From Carcharhinus amblyrhynchos (lineage: Eukaryota): a DNA stretch of 64,000 nucleotides. The DNA lies in assembly GCA_965287045.1 (NCBI GenBank), contig OZ336883.1, positions 39,122,001 through 39,186,000 of the forward strand, read 5' to 3'. How positions within the stretch are numbered: the stretch's first letter is position 1; the number at the start of each line of letters is the position of its first letter. The notes under the pieces are model-generated. The model ran no database searches. It was not told the origin of the DNA and saw only the letters and a program-made list of their open reading frames with translations. The translations under genes and the position numbers were made by a program. Of this stretch, positions 37,616 to 49,563 are shown in pieces.

Positions 37616-38503
37616 GTTGGGAAATTTATGGTTATCAGAATATAAAGTTGATGCTGTGGATTGCTTGCATTTGGTAGACTGGGATTTACGAGCAATGATA
37701 TTTAAGTATTAATCTGCACTGAGTGATGAAGGGTTGGAGGAAGACTGGGGTGGAAAGAGGTAAATAGTGGTAACAAAATGTGCAGATGACTGGAAATAGT
37801 ACATTTTACAACTACTTATTTTGGGATAAATTATAATGGAATAATATCCAACATTTCAAAGCAGCAATGGACAATGTATTCTGATCATTTTTATTTTTAA
37901 AATATCAAATTGCTACTCCATTATTAGCTTAATGCCTTTTCAACAGAATTGAGCATTGAAGGAACTTTACGATCAGGATAAACTAAGTGCTATTTGAACA
38001 CTATCGACTCTAACCACTTTGTATTATAACCTACGCATTAAGTAGGAAACTCAAGTTTGCATGAATGCTACTATTTAAAAAAAGTGAAGATAGATTTGAA
38101 TAATATCCTAACTTGAAAATATTTACAGAGAAGCATTTGAGTAGGCAAATACTTTTGCTCCTTGAAGTAGTGGAAAATGTCCTGAAACCAAGTATTTCTC
38201 TTGCTATGATATAAATATTTTGTTGAGATCTGATATTTTGGATATCCAATGCAGAAAGGATCCTCTTTGGGAGATTTACATGGGTTGGTCTATTTCTGAA
38301 TTTTACACATCTGAATAGGATTTGTCATCTTTCTCCTAAATTAATATTGTTAACAATTCTGACTCTGCCTCTTGGATTTGATGGCATTTGCCACTCCTGC
38401 AAGCTGTATCTGCATTTTGTGTCTCAAGTCTGTGCCAATACTATCCAATATCTAATTCATAACGGTGCAAGCTGGAACACCATGTGATTTGAACTGGATT
38501 CAC

Positions 38504-39299
38504 CTGTAAATGGGATATTGTCACTGATCTCATCTCTTACTCCAAATGCTGGAGATAGATAATGTCTTTAAACTTCCATTCTCACACATTCACTCTCCCA
38601 GGTTACCCTTCAATGGAAACCTATTTAAAAAAAATCTCCACATACTCAAATTTAGAGAGGATGAGATAAAACTGGTGAACTGTCAAATTAGGTGCAATGT
38701 CAAGAAATGTGTATATTAATACAGTGGAGACCATCTCTGGTCTCTTGCAAATTGTGCCATTCTTTCAGCAGATTGAGTTTTATGTGAGGAAGTGGAGGCC
38801 AGATTTGGCTATATAAACTGTTAACTGCCTTGGAAGTTAAGCACATGCGAATTTGCTTTCAAAGCAAAAATCTGTTGTTTTGGGAGTTGGTTGTGGCTAT
38901 CTGCCCAGATTTTGGCACCAAAAGCTCAACCAAAAGGATATCCGTGAAGTTAGTTTTGCAAAGCAAACACAGGGAAGGAGGCTATGCCAGATTTTGCTTA
39001 TGAAAGGAAAGCTTCATGATTCTGCCACGACATACAATTGGCTGTTGGATAAATCTGTGCTGCTGGTTTCCACTGCATTAATATACATGTTTCTTGACAT
39101 CGCACCTGATTTGACAGTTCACCACTACTCTTATCCTGTTCCCTCTAAATCAGAAATTTGAGTATGTAGAGATTTTCTTAATAGGTTTCCATTAAAGGGT
39201 AACTTGAGAGAGTAAGTGTAAGAACGGAAGTTCAAAAGCATTATCCATCTCCAGCCTTTGGAGTCGGAGATGAGATCAGTAACAATGTCCCATTTACAG
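38504..39299. repeat. Diverged ~230-bp inverted repeat (38504-38733 / 39064-39299) with ~330-bp spacer
   Basis: ctgtaaatgggatattgtcactgatctcatctc... is the reverse complement of ...gagatgagatcagtaacaatgtcccatttacag; alignable along the whole arm. Confidence 0.85.
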
Positions 39300-41254
39300 A
39301 GGGATTTTTTTGCTGGATGTTGATGGAATGCATCCAAGAGAAAGTCTAGAAGGCAGTTTTAGACAGGTGTGTGCTTGAACTGTATTGGAACTTAAAGCTA
39401 GTGGGAAGTTGGAAAATTCTTGCTTTGTTTTAGTTCATCAGCCAATCATGATCAGGGTTTGAAGGTATGTTTTCCTATCAAAAGAAGCAATTTGGGTTGG
39501 AATGCATTAATTGCAAAGGGGTTCATGAAAATTGAATATCTTAATTTTTCATAATTATCGATCAGTGGATGTGTGTGGACATCACATACCTGAACTTCCA
39601 AAAGGTAGTTCATAAGGTTGGCTCTTGAAATTGGTTTGCAGTGCAAGGCCTTCAAAGTAATGGAGGAAGAGTAACTTGGCTGTGTAATTGAATTGGAAGC
39701 ATTTCAAGTTAATAGTTCTGGACATCATTATCAGTGCCTTTGGTTTGCAGCTCGTACAAGATATGGGGTGCAAATCTGCTTTCTCTGGTGCTGCTGAGTA
39801 CATGAGGAAATACCAAATGTAGACTAAGATTATGAGGTAAAGAAGTGAAAGTAGTCTTTGAAGTGAGAATAAGGAGTGATGCTACAGTTCTGTGTTGTCT
39901 GGATCATGCTCTGTCAATCCAATGCTTGGTCCAGAAGGCATTGAACCACGTGTGGAAGTAAACTACCCATCTCTGTATGCATAAATGGTGATCAGGAATG
40001 TATTTTGGTTCTCTCCATAGTCATTTGAAAGGGTCCGTAGTCACAAGTTTAAAAATCACAGGCTGAGAAACAATGGTCTCCTTATTAGAGCTTTCACAGA
40101 CAGACACCAAGGCCCTTGGTCTGGCAATGCACATATCAGCCATCTAACTGGGAAATGGGACTGATCCCCACACACATGAGCTGATTGGATATAATATTGA
40201 TTATGATTGTTATATGCTAATTACTTGTAATTGATTTTGAAAACTTTAGCCTTTGTATCTTGGACTATGCCACTGGCTAGCTACAGGGATATGAACTAGC
40301 TTCCCAGCGTCCTTGCTTATAGCTTGTATTAAAACACCTGTTTTAAAAAAAACTCTGCTATTTGTCTGGTCATTCAAAAGGTAAAATTGTTATCAATTAA
40401 AAGGCTGATATCAAAGCTTGCACAGCTTTGGTGACAAGATGAGATTTCACTCAGACTGGCTAGGTATAGTGGGTGAGTATCAATCATGTCTGATTAATAC
40501 TCAGTTGAGTGCTGTTGTAAACCCAGCAATAGTAGCCAATTTAATAAGTAAATCTGAGCCTAGAATAAACCAGACAAAAGGAGTTTTTGAGGGTCGACCC
40601 TGCAGTGATAAACTGCGATTGTGCAGAGTGGTCAAAAGACTATGGGCCATGGCGATAGTCAAAGAAATATCTCGAGGAATAGGGAGGAGAAACAGCTTGC
40701 TCTTAAGTCATTTTGACTAAGCTGCAGTGCAGTTATGAGATCAGTAAAAGTTAAAATGTAACCAATTAATATCCATCTGAAAAAAATTCGACAGTCTTTA
40801 AAAAATTTAGAACTTTGCATTGTAGGCTTGAATTTCAGGTGCTGGAAATTAGTTTGAAAATAACTTGCGTTGCTCTATCACAGTAAGAAGCTGGAAGTGA
40901 TTTATTTAAAATTTGAGCTGTGGCTGTCCTATATTGCATGCTAAGAAAAGTTAACTATTTCAGCAAACAGTTGATTCGATTTTAAATTGCTCAACTCATG
41001 CCTATGTTTGTTTATAATGGCAGATTTATGGGAAGCAATTAAACGTGCAAATTTGGAGCGTAGGCTGGAGGCATATGGAATAAGTATGAAAATGTGATGG
41101 TCTTAATTTGGTAGGGTTCATTAAAATTTGGGATATTTGGAAAACCTGTGTTGGATTGATCTTGGATCAAAACATCTTGTCAGGTTAAACAATAAATTCC
41201 TGATACAGATAGTAGATAAAAGATAATTCTAGAATTACATTGAGAAAGAAATTA

Positions 41255-41795
41255 GTTATGGGTCCTGAACACAGTTTTGTGCAGTTCTGCCTCCTAGTCT
41301 GTGGAAGGACGTTCTTGCTGTTGAGGGAGTCAAATGAAGGTTCACCAGACTGATTCCTGGAATGGTAGGACTGACGTATGAAGAGAGACTGGATGGACTG
41401 AGTTTGTACACACTGGAATTTAGAAGAATGAGAGGGGATATCAGAAACGTCAAATCATGATGGGACTGGAACAGGCTAGATGCAAAGAATGTTCAGCATT
41501 TCCCCACCATCACAAACAAAGAGTCGCAATCTAAGAGGTAAGCCATTCAGGGCTGAGATGAGAAACAACTTTACTGAGTTGTGAACATGTAGAATACTCT
41601 ACCACAGAAGCTGTTGGGAACCAGTTCATTGGATATGCTCGAGGGAGCTGGACGTGGCCCTTGTGGCTAAAGTGATCAACGAGTCTGGAGAGAAATCGGG
41701 AGTGGGACATTGAAAGTGCATGATCAGCCATGATATTGAATGGTGGTGCAGACTCAAAAGGCTGAATGGCCTATTCCTGAACCTATTTTTTTAAG
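41255..41795 (+). mobile_element. CR1 LINE 3' portion
   Basis: KDVLAVEGVK.RFTRLIPGMVGLTYEERLDGLSLYTLEFRRMRGD plus tail. Confidence 0.85.
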
Positions 41796-44189
41796 TTTTT
41801 ATTAATATTGTTTGGAAGGTGCATTCAACTGGTACCTGTTTATTTCCTTTCCTTGAAGAGGCCAGATTTATCTTGAAGGAAATGAGAAACTTTCTCTTTT
41901 AAAAATTGGATACAGCTTTGATTTAATATCTTTTGCAGAACATGACTACAAATAAAATTATTAAAACAGATGTTATCTAGTACAAGAAGGCACTACACTA
42001 ATATGTATTCACTCATGCAGCTTGAGCTCTGTATATGCCTTTGCAGGGATGCTTTGGGCTGCATTTTGTGGCCAGATTGAAAGCAATGGTGCCAGCTGCT
42101 GACACCCAAAAACAACTGTCCACAAAGATCCAGTAATCCCCAGAATATAGTTTTCCCCTTTCTGTGCAGAAAGTGCTATCTGCAAGCCAGAGAAGCAGCC
42201 AATCGCATGGAAGTATTATCACAGACAACAAATTGGCCTGTTAAAGTTATTGCTTGTACTTTTAAAATTTCAGATAGTGAAACAAATTCTGATTAGATTA
42301 AGATAACAGGTAAAACACACAATTTAAGAAAATGTTGTGATTTTTATTAAAAGGAATCTGATATTCCACAAATATGAATTAGCTCTTTAGAGCAAGTGAG
42401 GATGTTAACAGTCATCATCAAATTAGTATGCTGTTTTTTAAAGTTATATCTCATTAAATAAGGTGTACTTTTTTTTAGTTTTTTTTTGTCAGTGAGACTG
42501 ACAGTGTAAAAGTTAACGTTTTGAATCCACTTAGGGATTACACTCTAGGTGACCTCAACACTGCACTCTTTGGAAGAATTTAGAATTGTTGACAAGAACT
42601 TATGCATTTCGGTTATTCTGCGCATGTGCAGACTCCAGGAGCATTTGCTATCATTCTCATTAGAGGAATGCCACAGATACTGACAGTTTTGCCATCAGCA
42701 CCATTGTAAAATGTAGGCCAATATTTAATATGCAGCAATGAATGTGCTGTGACATCACTCACAGGATGATGGGGTTAGGCTGATAGAAAACAACACATGG
42801 CATTATACCACATGGAAAAACAAATAGAATATTTTCTGAGGAACCAATGCAAATATGTCACATGATTGGAGGGGGGATTTATCGTTTCAAGGCTGTGAAA
42901 GAGAGTTGAATTTCAGAAATGAACTGATAATGTGATATTTGGCTTTTTCTCATCCCTGTTCTGCCCAACCTGTTTTACTCACAATAACTGCCCCTCCTAT
43001 GACTACCAATCTCTATTAAAATGTGTTCAGAGCCTCTCGTCACTTTCCCGCACCCAACGGTAAAATGTTACTGAACCAAGAAGCTCCGTTGAGTCTGTGC
43101 TAGTATTTTTCTCCACGTCAGCCCCAAGTTTAATCTGTTTTTCTCCACATTAGTCCTGAGTTGATCTCTTATTCCTGCTTATTCTGCATTCCCTTTTAAT
43201 ATCTGTGTTTATTAAGCAACATAGCCTGCAACTTTTTAAACCTTCTAGAAATTGAGTTCTTGAAGCACGTTCACATTTTATGAATAATGTGTAATATGTA
43301 TATGGTCACTGGTCCATTCACATAGATCATTAAGGTCATTATGTTTTGGTGAATTTTTCTTTACACACCTGATTTCACTGTACAGCCTGCTTGCATAGTG
43401 CCTACAGAAGGAATTCATTGACACGAATGGGAGTAATGTTAGTGTGGGGGTGGGAGCACTTATGGCATTTTGGCAAGGGAACAAATTCTACCCACTGATG
43501 GATGAGGTTTATACACCTGCACTCTAGAATAGTTTAAAATGTCCACAGCTGACACATTTATTTGATTGATCCACAAGTGAATCAATAACTTTTCTTCCAA
43601 GTTCGACCTTGCCTGCAAAGTGTTTTTTTTAGTGTTTTCAGTTGTTCAACAGATATATTCAAGCTTGCACTTTTTTGGTAGCTTGAAGCTGGTTTTATGG
43701 AGGCCTGTGAAATATCAAGAATCAAGGTTCCCCTGAAAGAGGAAATATAAAGTAACTCACTAGAAGTTATTATGGATGTACCTATTAAGGTAAGGTGCAG
43801 AAGAACCACAAAGTCAGCTTCTTAACTTGAACACTTTATTAAAGGTGTGCACTGTCCTACAGTCAGGACCTAGACTGTTTAACCAATTTCCACCCTGGGG
43901 CAAACTAGCCCCACCTCAAGGGTCACATGACCCACACGCCCAAATCTCCAACATACATAAGTAACAAAAGTATTTTTGACTTGTTACAGATAATTCTTTA
44001 GCCAACTGGAACATTTTCCACCCTATAAATCAATCAAAAATCTTCAATGACTCCCTAGGTTTGTTTTTGACTTATGGAGGCCTTTCACTGGCCTCAAATA
44101 CTTTAATGGGCTGGATTGTGTGAAAAACAGCAAAGCAATGGTGTTCACTCGTCACCCCTTAGAAAGCTGCCTACAAAGAACTAATGACT

Positions 44190-45270
44190 GCCGAGGTATG
44201 GGCAGACCCCGTCGGAGGCCCAGAGGCACCTAGGCCACTTCCAGCTTTTCAGGTACCTAGCCACAATAAAACAAATGCATGAAAACAAGACAGGGCCCAA
44301 AGAAAATTAGACTATTTGAATATTTGATTTGATTTAACAGATGTTTTTCTGTGCAAATGCACTAATTGTGGAGAAATCTAGCTTTCGTGTAATGTCACAG
44401 TTGATATTAAGCATGATGAGACTATTCAAACACTCTTGTCTCATTGTTGAATGGCAATAGTTCTTTACCCATTTCAGCATGTTGAAAATGCACTCACCTG
44501 AAGCCAGTGCTGGAGGTAAACTGATAAAAACACGCAAAACAATTGTGATATTAGAAAACATCCCAGACAGTCCAAGCTCGTTTGTTTCTTGAAGCAATTC
44601 CTTTGGCTTGCAGTTCAGAGAGCATTTTAATTTGAGGGAATTTATGTTAAAACTATCCATTATAAAGTTACTGTGAACAAATAGTGTAACAACTTCAACT
44701 GTGTGCTAGCTCTGCTGCCACAACATATGCCTAATTGTGACACAAAAATAAAACTTTAAAATACCTCCCACCACCTCACCAGCCTCCCCTCCACCTCAAT
44801 CCCATCTTCACACGTGTCCTGGACCCTCCCTGATCCTGGCTGTCCCTGTACATTGCCATCGCTTCTCATTGTGCTGCCTTCAATGGCGAGCTGCCAGCCT
44901 CTGGCTGGCATTTTTCTGGGTGTGGGATTTAGTGCCTCATTGGCATTCAGTATGGTGGATGTCCTCAAAGAAGGTGATGTGGGGTGGCATAGTGGCACAG
45001 TGGCTAGCGCTGCTGCCTCAAAGTGCCAGGGACCAGGAATCAATTCCAGGATTGAGTGATTACTCCCTCCTTCACATGCCAGTGGGATAGACTGCACAGA
45101 CACTGCCTGCTGTACAATACGGAACAGGAAAACTTACTTTCTTTTCCCATGGTGCATAAAAACAAGTCACGAAACTTATCAAACGCTAAAAAATTAAAAA
45201 GTGTCCAAATTTGAGGCCCCTTTTGAGTTTGAGGTCCAGGCCAAAGGGGCCTCCCGCCCCCTGCCTAGAT
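44190..45270 (-). mobile_element. Decayed hAT DNA transposon with a transposase C-terminal dimerisation-domain remnant (44334-44720)
   Basis: FSNITIVLRVFISLPPALASGECIFNMLKWVKNYCHSTMRQECLNSLIMLNIN fits the hAT C-terminal signature (LP...S.ERSFS.LK.IK...RSTM.Q.RL..L..L.I); gaggccc-rich subterminal blocks; ends approximate. Confidence 0.75.
44729..45061 (+). repeat. ~330-bp direct repeat, copy 1 (copy 2 at 47160-47485), ending in a truncated SINE head
   Basis: Alignable throughout: aaataaaactttaaaat.cctcccaccacc ... gggatttagtgcctcattggca ... attgagtgatt. Confidence 0.9.
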
Positions 45271-46419
45271 GTGGATTTCCTCTTCCTCCCTTAGTTTGAG
45301 CCTGGTGCAAAGTTAAGGCAATCTCCTGATGTCCAATAACAGTGTTGGCAGCTAATAGCATTGAAGCATTCTCACAGACAACAAACCAGGAAGTATAAAT
45401 CACTGAATCTCTTCACTTTTAAATTTAATAGGTAGTGAAATAAACAATTGGGACACACCTACGATTGGACCTAAAATATAACAAACTGTAAAAACAAATT
45501 AAAATAATAGAGACAATTGATATTCAACAAATATAAATTCTTCTTTTCAGGGCAAGTGAAGATCTTTAGCAGTAACTAGAAACTTAGTACAACATCAAAA
45601 ACTCAGTTATTTAACAAGGTGTGTCTTTTTTAAAAGGTTTTTAAAAGGTTTTTAACGATACTAAGGAAATAGAGTATAAGTTGTCTTCAGTTTGCTGATT
45701 TCTAATTGCCTTCAGAGGGTGCCCTGCTTTCATCCCTCTAGTGAAATGTAAAATTGCTGTTAGCAACCTCTAGCTTTCCGTATTGAACTTTGTATGTGAG
45801 CACTCTAGAAGTTGCTGACGGTTTCAGAGTAGCGATGATGGCAAATGCTGCCAGTTTCATCATCATTACTACCACAAAAAAGTGCTTTCAGCCCAGTGCA
45901 TACATACTTGAAACTTATTTTCTCTGTGAGGATCTGTTTTTGTGCTTTCATACCATGCCTGCATGTCAGCCCTGTGAGCAATGCTGTATAAATACTGCAT
46001 GGTAAGTGTACTTTTTCAAAATACATTTCAGTCTTTTCGACACAAGGTGGTGCTGCTGCTCCTCAAAACTCTGAGGTCCATTCCTTCGGATACTAAGTAC
46101 TGCATAGAAGTTTTATTTATGGGCCTAGGACATATGCTGAGGAACTCCTTGCTGTGATGTCCTGGAGATGAGATTGTGGGAAAATTTCACTCCACATGTT
46201 GCTCTTCATTACTCCATTTTCATCCAACTGAAATGAAACAAATCAAAACTTAACCATGGGATAAAATCTCACGTTTATAACATATCTCAGGAAAACTGTC
46301 ACCTTTTGAGTAAATCATGTTACCTGTGTAACTGTCTTATTGATTGCACTGCCTTTGGTGGATTGTCATCCATTTGAAATAAACTGGAGTTCTAATTGTA
46401 TCCTAGCAACTGCAGTTTT

Positions 46420-46720
46420 GTCTTACTCCAGCTGATCTGAAGTTGAAGTCCAGCTGCATGTTGGCCATGAATTCGTAGAGCTCTGGTGAGGCTGTCCACA
46501 CCTTCAGTCATCTGTACATTTCAGATTTTGTCTACATACTGTCATTGCCTAGCTGGTCCCATATCCATTATTTAATATTGTTGTCTTCAAGTCAAACTCA
46601 ACACCTGATAGGAATAAGGTGGGGACGAGAACTCAGCCCTGACACACTCCTAGATTAAAGTTGTAAAGTTCAGAAGGCTTTCCATCAACACACACCCACA
46701 CTGCTTATGTGGGCATAAAC
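46420..46720 (-). mobile_element. RTE-like RT fragment
   Basis: Minus strand GVCQG*VLVPTLF motif. Confidence 0.5.
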
Positions 46721-47406
46721 CTCTCTGATTCATGCTATGATAGCAGTATGAATAGCTGGAAATTGTAATTGGGCCCATAGACATTTTGTAGTCAGAGTTA
46801 AAAGCTTTTTTGACAATTACTGGCATATTGGTGTTGTATGGATGCCACTTACCATGCTGTAAACATCCTTATAGACTACCAATGAGGCACTGAAATGGCC
46901 AGCGTTGGGCCTTTCCCAGGATCAAGCGCCCTGGAGGGGAGCCCCCAGAGAGTGCCAGTCTGAGTTGGTTATATTTTTAGATGTTGTACAGGGAGGAGGG
47001 TGTTTCTCAGATGGAGGTGAAAGGGCTCATGGCTCTCTTCTTGCTGTATGGAAAGTGTGCCCACCCTCCAAGGTGAGTTTGGGATTTAATCAGGTAGGAA
47101 GGTGCCAGCCAGGGATCCCACTTCTGCCAGTGAGAACCTTCATTGAAGTGTTAATGTAAGCCTATTTGTGACAGATAAATAAAACTTTAAAATTCCTCCC
47201 ACCACCCCACCAGCCTCGCCTTCATCTCAATCCCATTTTCACACATGTCCTGGGTCCGTCCCTGATCCCGGCTCTCTCTGTACATTGCCATCACTCCTCA
47301 TTGTGCTGCCCTCAATGGAGAGTTGCCAGCCTCCGATTGCCCAGCATTTCTCTGGGCGTGGGATTTAGTGCCTCATTGGCACTGTGTGGCAGATGTCCCC
47401 AAAGCA

Positions 47407-47733
47407 GGTGGCATAATGGCTCAATGGCTAGCGCTGCTGCCTCACAGTGCCAGGGACCAGGATTCAATTCTGGCATTGAGTGATTTTGTGGAGTTTGCAC
47501 ATTCTCCTTGTGTCTGCATGGGTTCCCTCCGGGTGCTCCGGTTTCTTCCTACACTCCAAAAATGTGCAAGTTAGGTTGATTGGCCATGCTAAGTTGCCCC
47601 CCTCATGTCCCAAGATGTGTAGTTTAGGGGGGGGTTACGGGCATGGGGTAGGCCTGGGTATGATCTGTCAGTGTCGGTACAGACTCAATGAGCTGAATGG
47701 CCTCCCTCTGCACAGTTGGGATTCTGCGATTCT
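47407..47733 (+). mobile_element. tRNA-derived SINE (HE1-like)
   Basis: Head, conserved core tgggttccctccgggtgctccggtttc and CR1-like tail. Confidence 0.85.
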
Positions 47734-48506
47734 AACGGACGTTGTTTTTCACTGGCTCTCCAGCTGATGGACAGGAACTCCATTGCCTGGATTAAATTCT
47801 ACCCTTTGTTTCTACATCCCAAGGAAGAAAATCTCCTGCCTAATGATATAATGCTTCCTGACTTAACAGACTGCTGAATGCAGAATATACTGGGATGTGC
47901 AGAACAGTCATGGATCAGGAAGTGTAAGTGAAATCATTTAAAAACATATGGAGCAAAAGCAACGTGACTGAAGGGGAAGTGAAGGGGAAACACTCGTCAT
48001 GCAGACATGGTAAGAAATGGGGAAGTGCTTGTTAAATCAACAGGAAATGAAGAAATGAGAAACTGATGGTGCTCGTTTGGGAGACCCCCCCACCCCGATT
48101 GCCTCAGACACAGAGGAAAGTTACAGATATTTTCTGCTCTAGGCAGCTACAACTGAAGTATTTCTGTTGCTGCTGTTCTTAGCAGTTTTCCGCAAATAAA
48201 AGTCAGTTTTATTTGACTGTCCCATGACTTTCGGACATGGGAATTCATGTATGATCATCAGTCTGATGTAAAGATTAAAAAGTGTCCAAGTCAAAACTGT
48301 AGAAGCCTGATGATAATGTTCACCAAATAATGTACAAAGAGCCTTTAAATGCATTCTCTTCAATAGTTAGAAAATATATATAAACATATGTACATAACAC
48401 ATACACTGTGAATATCCAGTATGCATGATGTAGAAATGTTCAGATCATTAACTAGATTACAATGCACTTGAGGTGAAAGGAGGAAAGTTCAGCGGTGGTG
48501 TGAGGG

Positions 48507-48751
48507 GTAAATTTTTTAGTAAAAAGTCTGACAACACCAGGTTTTAGTCCAACCTATTTATTTGATAATATACTCACAAGCTTTCGGGGTTAGTCCCTTC
48601 GTCAGGTGAATTCACCTGACGAAGGGACTAACCCCGAAAGCTTGTGAGTATATTATCAAATAAATAGGTTGGACTAAAACCTGGTGTTGTCAGACTTTTT
48701 ACTGTGTTTACGCCAGTCCAATGCCGGCATACCCACATCGTAAATTTTTTA
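48507..48751. mobile_element. Palindromic Penelope-like / retrozyme-like insertion with a 12-bp TSD (GTAAATTTTTTA)
   Basis: Perfect 93-bp arms 48518-48610 / 48611-48703, 36-nt tail 48704-48739, TSD at 48507-48518 and 48740-48751. Confidence 0.85.
48611..48648 (+). ncRNA. Minimal type I hammerhead ribozyme motif (mirror copy on the minus strand at 48573-48610)
   Basis: UUCAC-CUGACGA-AGGG-ACUAA-CCCC-GAAA-GC-UU-GUGAG: catalytic core boxes, stem I UUCAC/GUGAG, short stem II, palindromic AAGCUU in place of stem III. Confidence 0.7.
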
Positions 48752-49563
48752 CCCAGAGAGTGGTAAGTGTCTGGAACGCGCTGCCAGGGGTGGTCGTGGA
48801 GGCAGATATGATAGAGGTGTTTAAGGGGCATTTAAATAAGTACATGAATATGCAAGGACTAGAGGGATATGGACCAAGGGCAGGCAGAAGGGATTAATTT
48901 AATTTGGTGTTATGTTAGGCACAACACTGTGGGCCGAAGGGCCTGTTCCTGTGCTGTACTGTTCTATGTTGTAAATCATCTTTTAATAAAACATATGTTT
49001 CCCTACTGGAGGTTCTCTGTTAGTGTGGTATTGAAACCATTTGGCCTATAAAAGCTTTTCAACAGCCAAATGATATAATGTTTGCCTCGGAAATGTTCCC
49101 ACAGCCAGCAGGGTCACATATGATATAGCTGCCATTGGTTCAAAGGCTCCTTCATTGGTCAGACAAACCACACTAAAGTTTTATTGAATTTTACTGAGCT
49201 TTTTATATACAAGTTTGGGAATGGGGGGTCATGCCTGTTGCCATGGCAACCTGTTACTAAGTTAAAGCTGTTTGTACTTTTAAACAGCAGGAGTCAGAAG
49301 GTTTAGCGAAAATGCCTTATTTTTATGTCTGATATTGAATGGGATCAATTGTTTGAAATTCTTGAGATTTAATCTCCAGCTGTGTGATTTGTGCTCAGTT
49401 ATAAATATTGGGATTAATGGATGTTTTGAAGCCACTGATACAAATTTCTTCAACTATTCAGCTCAACATAGTCAATTTCATGCATTTAACTCTTTAAGTG
49501 CTACAACTGGGCACTGTGATAAGCGCCAGCGACCAGTACCAAGTGCACTTATTTCATAGCCTT

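Larger units (their letters stand above)
48460..48970 (+). mobile_element. CR1 3' end, interrupted by the palindromic insertion
   Basis: gtgaggggtaaattttttacccagagagtggtaagtgtctggaacgcgctgcc is restored when 48519-48751 is removed; tail gggccgaagggcctgttcctgtgctgtactgttctatgtt. Confidence 0.85.

Noticed and set aside
44334-44660. Domesticated ZMYM/ZBED-like gene
   Set aside because: Only a short, degenerate hAT C-terminal fragment interrupted by an insertion.
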